Virus record (IMG/VR): IMGVR_UViG_3300049165_000059
Coordinates: 1 to 30,118 of that record
Length of the DNA: 30,118 bases
Source: a virus
Lineage: Duplodnaviria; Caudoviricetes
Reading direction: 5' to 3' (one strand)
Position 1 is the stretch's first letter. The number at the start of each line of letters is the position of its first letter. The notes under the pieces were generated by a model. The model ran no database searches and was not told the DNA's origin. It was given only the letters and a program-made list of their open reading frames with translations. The position numbers and the translations under genes are program-made. Of this stretch, positions 1 to 5,811 are shown one piece after another.

Positions 1-45
1 GCCACACTGAATAGGAAGGAGGGGGGAGGTTCGAGGGGCGGGGGG

Positions 46-267
46 TTATGCGGCGCTGGTGTACGCGTCCGCAGCGAGGTCGACCGCTTCACTGAGCGCG
101 GCCAGGGCTTTGTCCCGCGCGGGTCCCTCGGGGAGATGGATCAGCCAGTACTCAGCAACCGCGAGCCCCACCCCGCGCACGGTCCGGACCGGTTCGGGCT
201 CGACAGCGAGCGCGGCGAACCGGTCGTGGAGGTCGCGGAGTTCGATCGCGGGCCTGCCTTCGGCCAG
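46..267 (-). CDS. Small helical protein resembling Acb2/Tad1-type hairpin proteins; start codon uncertain (possible pseudogene)
   Basis: Manual translation, not in the ORF track: LAEGRPAIELRDLHDRFAALAVEPEPVRTVRGVGLAVAEYWLIHLPEGPARDKALAALSEAVDLAADAYTSAA*, TAA at 46-48. Codons are GC3-rich. Only CTG (267) or a later GTG is available as a start. Confidence 0.55.
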   Translation of the reverse strand: MAEGRPAIELRDLHDRFAALAVEPEPVRTVRGVGLAVAEYWLIHLPEGPARDKALAALSEAVDLAADAYTSAA

Positions 268-283
268 GCGGGGAGGGAGGTCT

Positions 284-305
284 ACTCTATCGGCCGACGC
301 CGACA
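284..305 (-). promoter_or_regulatory. PafBC-dependent (RecA-NDp) DNA-damage promoter
   Basis: Minus strand TGTCGG-CGTCGGCCGA-TAGAGT matches TGTCGG-N10-TA-N3-T exactly. It is intergenic and points into the 46-267 ORF. Confidence 0.75.
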
Positions 306-322
306 GTCCCCCGACATGCGAA

Positions 323-340
323 CTAGCTTGCTAGCTAGCA
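323..340. promoter_or_regulatory. CTAG-rich overlapping palindromes, putative operator
   Basis: CTAGCTTGCTAGCTAGCA: inverted repeat CTAGC-TT-GCTAG (323-334) overlapping the perfect palindrome TGCTAGCTAGCA (329-340). Confidence 0.4.
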
Positions 341-532
341 TGACCGCGAGACGAGATGCGCCACATCCTCGTCCTCGCGCAGGTCGGCGAGTGCCTCACG
401 AACCGCAGGATGGGAGAGGTCACGGTCTCGGAGAACACGCGCGGCGGTGATGATCCCGTCGATCAGCCCGACCGTGACACCCTCCGACGAGCGGCAGTCG
501 AGCGGACGGCAGACCACAGGCGCCGCCGTCAC
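335..532 (-). CDS. Hypothetical protein (65 aa)
   Basis: GTG at 532 overlaps the endolysin TGA (GTGA). Translation MTAAPVVCRPLDC...VREALADLREDEDVAHLVSRSC. Confidence 0.55.
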   Translation of the reverse strand: MTAAPVVCRPLDCRSSEGVTVGLIDGIITAARVLRDRDLSHPAVREALADLREDEDVAHLVSRSC

Positions 533-1452
533 CCGGTCGGCCACACGAACGCCTTCGCCGAGCCGCTCGTGATCCGCGCGACCTGCGTCCCGTAGTGGAT
601 CACCTGGAACCGCACCCGGTAGCCCTTGCCGACCGTGTCCGCCGCGAGGCTGTAGTGCGCGAACGTCGCGCCCTCGCTGGCGGTGTACTCCGAGATCGGG
701 CCGCCCTGCACGTCTCCCGCGCCTTCGGGGTGCTCGATCGCCCGCGCCTGCAGCTCCGTCCCCGGCGTGAGGCCGTCGATCCGCACGTTCGCCGTGAACC
801 CGTACCTCGCCGGCCCCACCACGAACGACGAACCGCCCTTGTTCCAGTGGTGGTGCTCCTGGTCGGAGTACTCCTCGCCCCACTCCACCGTCACCCACTT
901 GTTCGGCGGGAGATCCTGCGGCTTGTCCACACCCACACTGACGTACACCGGCATGTCGTCGTCCTCCTCGATCTCAGGCGCAGTAGCGGCGCCGTCCACG
1001 GGCATCCCGGCCCGGACCCAGGCGTGCAGTTCGTTGCCGGGGCAGCTTGTGGCGTACACGTCCCGGTGACCGCGCTTCGCCAAGGTCCGTCCGGTGCGGC
1101 GGCACGCCTCGTCGTACACCGCGCGGATCGCGCGTTTCGCCGCAGGTGTCGCGTCCCCGTCTCGGCCGATCATGCACACCCCGATGCCGGACGTGTTGTG
1201 GTCCGGGGCGTGCGCCCCGACGACCAGCCACCCGCGGCCCTCGTAGATCCGGCCTGTCGTGTCGACGAGGAAGTTGTAGCCGATGTCGGACCACCCGCGG
1301 CCGTTGAGATGAAAGTCCTGGATGGACCGCACCGACTGCGTGGTGGGGCCCTCCGAGTAGTGCACGATCACTTCGGTGCGCTGCCCCCACGACACCGTGG
1401 AGCGGCTCCGTGGGGCACGAGCACCCCACCCCGCACGGCTGATGACGTTCAA
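529..1452 (-). CDS. Endolysin, N-acetylmuramoyl-L-alanine amidase (Amidase_2/PGRP-like) with unclassified C-terminal domain
   Basis: Motifs ISRAGWGA, IVHYS, GWSDIGYNFLV, IYEGRGW, GAHA, GHRD, TSCPG. TTG start at 1452 with SD GGAGAGGGG, overlapping the upstream TGA. Confidence 0.93.
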   Translation of the reverse strand: MNVISRAGWGARAPRSRSTVSWGQRTEVIVHYSEGPTTQSVRSIQDFHLNGRGWSDIGYNFLVDTTGRIYEGRGWLVVGAHAPDHNTSGIGVCMIGRDGDATPAAKRAIRAVYDEACRRTGRTLAKRGHRDVYATSCPGNELHAWVRAGMPVDGAATAPEIEEDDDMPVYVSVGVDKPQDLPPNKWVTVEWGEEYSDQEHHHWNKGGSSFVVGPARYGFTANVRIDGLTPGTELQARAIEHPEGAGDVQGGPISEYTASEGATFAHYSLAADTVGKGYRVRFQVIHYGTQVARITSGSAKAFVWPTG

Positions 1453-1766
1453 CGTCTGCCCCTCTCCCGTTTGAGTCCCGGCCGGATCTGCAGCCGGTAC
1501 ACCATCCACAGCCGCCACCCGAGGCTGATCGGAACTCCTGTGAACGCCACCAGCCGGACGATCTGCCACCATTCACCCTTGGTCGCCGGCGTCACCGCAC
1601 CCACCGTCCACAGCGTCAACACCACCGCCAGCACCGCCGTGAACGTCATCAGGTGACGCCCGGCTTCGCTCTCCCACCAGCGCGCCGACAGGTGGTAGGC
1701 GATGCACACCGTCCACGCCAGGACCGCGCTCACCACGACCAGCGCCGTGCCGGCCGCCTGAATCAC
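1449..1766 (-). CDS. Holin-like membrane protein (3 predicted TM segments)
   Basis: Three hydrophobic stretches and a basic C-terminus (KRERGRR); directly upstream of the endolysin. Confidence 0.75.
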   Translation of the reverse strand: MIQAAGTALVVVSAVLAWTVCIAYHLSARWWESEAGRHLMTFTAVLAVVLTLWTVGAVTPATKGEWWQIVRLVAFTGVPISLGWRLWMVYRLQIRPGLKRERGRR

Positions 1767-1963
1767 CGGTGCTCCCCGAACGCGTCGCGGAACGCCTCGC
1801 CCAGGTGGTTCACCTGCCGCATCCGCCGCATCCGCACCGCGAGCCGCTCGAACTCGCGGCGCCGTTCCTGGGCTCGGTCACGCTGCTGCTCACTCAACTC
1901 CAGCGCCTCGTCCGCCGCAGACGGCTCGACGTCTTCGCGGTGGCGGCGCCACGGTAGTCTCAC
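1763..1963 (-). CDS. Small charged helical lysis-cassette protein (66 aa)
   Basis: GTGA overlaps at both ends; VRLPWRR...QVNHLGEAFRDAFGEHR. This type is common between actinophage holin genes. Confidence 0.7.
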   Translation of the reverse strand: MRLPWRRHREDVEPSAADEALELSEQQRDRAQERRREFERLAVRMRRMRQVNHLGEAFRDAFGEHR

Positions 1964-2250
1964 CGCGCCGTGCCCTTCGTCGCAAGCGCGTTCACGAGCT
2001 GCTCCACGAGCCTCAACGCCTCCGTGTTGGCGTCCAGGCGGCCGTCGAACTCGGTCATGGTCTCCTGCGAGACTCGCCACGCCGCCTCCCACTTGTCCCT
2101 CTCGGCCTGCACATCCTTCAGGTACTGCCGAGGGACCAGATCGCCCCGGATGATGGACCGGATCGTGAAGCCCACCACACCGACCAGCAGCAGCGCGACG
2201 CCACCCGCGATGAGGGTCGGCCATGGCGTCGCGGACAATACGGTTGTCAT
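1960..2250 (-). CDS. Single-TM plus coiled-coil membrane protein, holin/antiholin-like
   Basis: ATG at 2250 after AGGTGAGG. N-terminal TM segment, IIRGDLVP motif, then a coiled coil. Confidence 0.8.
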   Translation of the reverse strand: MTTVLSATPWPTLIAGGVALLLVGVVGFTIRSIIRGDLVPRQYLKDVQAERDKWEAAWRVSQETMTEFDGRLDANTEALRLVEQLVNALATKGTAR

Positions 2251-2333
2251 CGCCTCACCTGGAGCGATCGTCACCAACGATAGGCTCGGTCCACGCCACA
2301 CCCGATCACCTCTCTGTCCATGCCAACCCGGCA

Positions 2334-2372
2334 AAGGGGCCGGGTCCGCGCCATGCCCGGCGCGGACGGGCC
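2334..2372 (-). terminator. Putative intrinsic terminator after the tail module
   Basis: Stem GTCCGCGCC/GGCGCGGAC (2344-2367) followed on the minus strand by CCCCTTTG. Confidence 0.5.
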
Positions 2373-2388
2373 GCCGGCCACTGGGAGG

Positions 2389-4203
2389 TCAGAGCACGAA
2401 GCCGGCGGGGTCGGTGTGGAACGTCTGGCTGGCTGCCTTCGCCGCAGAGATCCACGCCGGGTTACTGCCGGGCGTGGGGTTGCTGATCGGGCCCGCGGTG
2501 TCGAACCAGCACGCGAACGCGCACGAGGCGTGCGCCCCACCCGCCGGGGTGGTGGCCAGGTAGGAGATCTGCGTGTCCATCCACGCCACATCCTGGGAGC
2601 CCTGGTTGCCGTACCCCAGCTCCGGGACCGCCCACGGGATGCCCTTGCCGATGGCGAACTCCACGCCCGGCCCCCACAGGCTGGCGCCGGATCCGACGTG
2701 GGAGTACCCGTCGAGGCCGTAGCAGTCCACCAGGCCGTCGCCCGGCCACATCTCCTGGTACGTGGTGCCGGGGGTGGGGTTGGTGCCGGACCAGGTCGTG
2801 ACGATCTGGATGGTGTGGAGCCTGCTCCACCCCTCGCCCTTGACCTGCTGAACGAGCCCGCACCACCGCTTGAACCCCGCGAGGTACGTGCCGAGGCTGA
2901 ACTTCCCGGCTTTGATCTTCGCGTCGGGTTCGTGCCAGATCGTCACCCACGCCAGATGGTCCTGCGGGATCGACCGGAGGAACGTGAGGATCTGCGTGTC
3001 GAGGGCGCCCGAGGCGACCTGGTCCATGGGCGGCTTCCCGGACCAGCAGGAGGCGCGGTGCCCCACGTCCGGGCCCGCGTTCGACAGGGCCCACGATGCG
3101 GGCATGTTCGGGGCTTCGCCGTTGTAGCAGCGGCGGATCGTCAGCGGCCCGTACGCGTCGTTCTTCGTGGTGAAGTCGGTGCCTTTGAGGCTGGTGGGGC
3201 AGGTGCCCCCCTCGGGTTCCGGGTCCGGGTCGGGCTCCGGTTCCGGGTCGGGGGCCGGTGCGGGCGGCGGGCACGACGGTAGCCGTGGCGTCCCCATCGC
3301 CCGCGTCTCCTCCCCCGTCACCAGATCCAGCCGCGTCACCCTCATCCCGCCAGGCCCCGACCATGCGTGCGGGCCGTGGTGCCGGTACCGGACCTCCCAC
3401 ACCTCCGGCGTGACCGTCACCATCGCGGAGATCGACCCGACACGCCCGGCGTGATCACGGCCCAACCCCTCCGGGAGCGTCAGCATCGCCGACACGTCCG
3501 TCAGGACCGGGAACCGCGCACGTGAACCGAGCTGGATCATCGCGGCCGACCGCGGGTCGTCCGGCGCCCAATGCGTGTGACCCGCCATCATCCCCACGAT
3601 GTTCTGGTGCGACGACACGAGTTCCGCGAGCTCCGCCGGGGGACGCAGATGATCAATGTCGGACAGGCCACCGAGCTCCTGCGGCGGGAAGTGGTTCGCG
3701 AGGATCACCGGCCCCGGCGCGGAAGCCGCCACCGCGTCCAGCCACGCCCACGTCGCTTGGGGGACGATCCACGGCTCGTTCCATCCGTGGACATCCACGC
3801 AGAACGTCACGACCCGCCACCCGTTCACGTCCACGAACGTGTTCCCCGGCCGGCCGTACGTCGCCTCCCACGCCGCCCGAGTGTTCGGCGTCCGCGTCCG
3901 CAGATCGTGGTTCCCCACACACCACACCGACGGGACGCCGCGTTCCTCACCCGCGACGTTGAACCACACCTTCGCGTACGTGTCCTCGCTGGGGACGTTG
4001 GCGCCCTCGATGATGTCGCCGGTGTGGACCAGCACATCCGGCACCATCGCCAGACCCTCGCCCAGGTCCCGCAGCAGATGGTTCGACTCGTCGTACGACC
4101 ATGGCCGGTACCCGTGGTGGGTGTCGGACACGTGATGGATCGTCAGGCCCCCCGCCGGGGTGAGCGGCGGCAGCGGCCACGGACGCGCCTGAACCTCCAT
4201 CAC
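2389..4203 (-). CDS. Calcineurin-like metallophosphoesterase fused via a Pro/Glu linker to a GH26-like (clan GH-A) glycoside hydrolase
   Basis: N-half has all five metal motifs (SDTH, TGD, GNHD, NH, GHTH). Linker PPPAPAPDPEPEPDPDPEPE. C-half has IWHEPD, WPGD..VD..GLDGY and PWAVPELG. Confidence 0.85.
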   Translation of the reverse strand: MMEVQARPWPLPPLTPAGGLTIHHVSDTHHGYRPWSYDESNHLLRDLGEGLAMVPDVLVHTGDIIEGANVPSEDTYAKVWFNVAGEERGVPSVWCVGNHDLRTRTPNTRAAWEATYGRPGNTFVDVNGWRVVTFCVDVHGWNEPWIVPQATWAWLDAVAASAPGPVILANHFPPQELGGLSDIDHLRPPAELAELVSSHQNIVGMMAGHTHWAPDDPRSAAMIQLGSRARFPVLTDVSAMLTLPEGLGRDHAGRVGSISAMVTVTPEVWEVRYRHHGPHAWSGPGGMRVTRLDLVTGEETRAMGTPRLPSCPPPAPAPDPEPEPDPDPEPEGGTCPTSLKGTDFTTKNDAYGPLTIRRCYNGEAPNMPASWALSNAGPDVGHRASCWSGKPPMDQVASGALDTQILTFLRSIPQDHLAWVTIWHEPDAKIKAGKFSLGTYLAGFKRWCGLVQQVKGEGWSRLHTIQIVTTWSGTNPTPGTTYQEMWPGDGLVDCYGLDGYSHVGSGASLWGPGVEFAIGKGIPWAVPELGYGNQGSQDVAWMDTQISYLATTPAGGAHASCAFACWFDTAGPISNPTPGSNPAWISAAKAASQTFHTDPAGFVL

Positions 4204-4679
4204 AGCGCCCGGTACCGGATGCTGATGGTGAACGGCATGTCAAGCGCGGCGGGACTGCCCGTCGGGACGAAATCGACGCGGAGGAGGTCACCAGCGGCGA
4301 AGTCCGCGTTCGTCCACGACGCGCCGTCGAACGTCCACGCCGTCCGCGGGGACACCGGGCCGTTGGCGTTGCCGCCGGTGGACTGCGTCGACCTGGCCGC
4401 GAACGTGTCCCACCCCGTCACGTTGTTGCCCTTGCGAGCCGACAACGTCCAGAAGTGGGTGTTGCTCACCGCGATGCTCCAGTACTCGAACGACATGGAG
4501 ATCGACAGCACCCTGAGCGGGATCGGAGCCACCAGGAACGTCATCGCGTTCCCGGAGGTGAGCTTGTCAGCGCCGTTGTTCCAGCACGGCACCATCTGCG
4601 AGAAGAGCTGCTCCTCCAGCGTCGGTGTGGACGCCTTCACCGTTTCGAGTTCGGTGGCAAGTTCTTCGATCGTGGGCAA
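4200..4679 (-). CDS. Minor tail protein, beta-rich domain with short N-terminal helix (159 aa)
   Basis: TTG start at 4679 after GGAAGGGA; AGDLLRVDF strand; ATGA overlap with the downstream gene. Confidence 0.65.
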   Translation of the reverse strand: MPTIEELATELETVKASTPTLEEQLFSQMVPCWNNGADKLTSGNAMTFLVAPIPLRVLSISMSFEYWSIAVSNTHFWTLSARKGNNVTGWDTFAARSTQSTGGNANGPVSPRTAWTFDGASWTNADFAAGDLLRVDFVPTGSPAALDMPFTISIRYRAL

Positions 4680-4693
4680 CGCGGGGTCCCTTC

Positions 4694-4894
4694 CTAGGGG
4701 CGGTGAATGTGGAACACGGGCTCGGGATCGTCGCCGTCCGGCGGATCGATCCGGGCCACTTCCCACTCCTGATTCGCTGACCCGACCGTGACCGTCATGC
4801 CTGCCTTCAACGGCGCGGAGCCCTGGTACTTACTGACGGGCATCGTGTGCCCGTGGGTGCTCATCGTTGTGGGGTCAGCGTCGATATCAGCCAT
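4694..4894 (-). CDS. Hypothetical protein (66 aa)
   Basis: ATG at 4894 after AAGGA; fills the gap between two tail genes. Confidence 0.55.
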   Translation of the reverse strand: MADIDADPTTMSTHGHTMPVSKYQGSAPLKAGMTVTVGSANQEWEVARIDPPDGDDPEPVFHIHRP

Positions 4895-4914
4895 AGAGCG
4901 CAGTCCTTGCGGTG

Positions 4915-5454
4915 TCAGAGGGCCATCACGATCAGGCTGCGGTCGTAGAACGTGCCGGTGTTCGCCGCGACCCGGTACTGCATCTTGAACGTGTTGGACC
5001 CTGCGGTGAGGGCGTCGAAAAGGATCGCGACCGTCGCGCGGTTCGCGTTGCCCGCCCCGAGACCGTCGTTGTACAGGTCGTCGTTCTGGGAAGCTGCGAT
5101 CGTCGTCGCCCCCGACACCGCCACACTCATCTGGGTGACAGAGTTCGCGCCTGAGTTCGCCATCTGGCACGACGCGAACACCAGCGCCTTGGTGCCGGTG
5201 GTCACCGTCACCGTCGGGCCGGGCGTGGCCAGGTCAGTGAAGCTCGACGAGGTGGTCGTCTGCGATGTGCTGATGTCCGCCTTCTTGACCTCACGTTCGA
5301 CGATGGCGTTCGCGCCGTTCGTCACGATCAGCCGCCCCGCCGTGGTCGCTTTCGCCGGGCCGGTCTCCAGCAGGTTGTCCCGCACGCTGGCGTTCCACTG
5401 CGCGGCCGTGAGCGCGCTGTTCGCCACCGCCGTCAACGGTGTGGACCACGCCAT
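4915..5454 (-). CDS. Minor tail / tail fibre protein (179 aa)
   Basis: MAWSTPLTAVANSALTAAQWNASVRDNL N-terminus typical of actinophage tail proteins; Thr/Ser-rich beta C-terminal domain; TAATG overlap. Confidence 0.8.
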   Translation of the reverse strand: MAWSTPLTAVANSALTAAQWNASVRDNLLETGPAKATTAGRLIVTNGANAIVEREVKKADISTSQTTTSSSFTDLATPGPTVTVTTGTKALVFASCQMANSGANSVTQMSVAVSGATTIAASQNDDLYNDGLGAGNANRATVAILFDALTAGSNTFKMQYRVAANTGTFYDRSLIVMAL

Positions 5455-5801
5455 TACCGCATCCCCTTCACGCCGTGCTCCTCGTTCTCTCCGAGGAGAT
5501 CCGCGACGCTCTGCCCATGCGGAAGCCCAGCCGCCACCGCCAGGGCGTGGCCCTCCGGGAACCAGTTCTGGGTCGCTTCCACCGGACGCATCTCCAGCAC
5601 CCGCTGAATCTCCCCGGCGTCCGTGGGCCACTCGATCGGCGCGTCAGCCCCGCAGCCCTTCGGCGGCACGCCAGCGCGGCGTTGCTTGGTGCGGCACAGG
5701 TACCGGTCCTGCCCCGGCTCCAACTCGAACGCGTACGAGCAGTACTCGCGTGGGCAGTCCGCCACCCATCTCCCGTGGTTGAAATACGCGCGTGCGATCA
5801 C
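5454..5801 (-). CDS. Cys-containing hypothetical protein in tail-tip module (115 aa)
   Basis: GTG at 5801 after GAGGGGGG; GRWVADCPREYC...LC...GC; overlaps the next start. Confidence 0.75.
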   Translation of the reverse strand: MIARAYFNHGRWVADCPREYCSYAFELEPGQDRYLCRTKQRRAGVPPKGCGADAPIEWPTDAGEIQRVLEMRPVEATQNWFPEGHALAVAAGLPHGQSVADLLGENEEHGVKGMR

Positions 5802-5811
5802 CAAGCCCCCC

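Noticed and set aside
14-45. G-rich purine tract at the left edge as a G-quadruplex, att site or genome end
   Set aside because: No partner repeat, tRNA or integrase in the window, and such tracts are unremarkable at this GC content.
3212-3270. Hexamer-like repeats (ccgggt/ccggtt) as a CRISPR array or VNTR
   Set aside because: They are the codons of the PEPD linker; there is no repeat-spacer structure and no cas genes.
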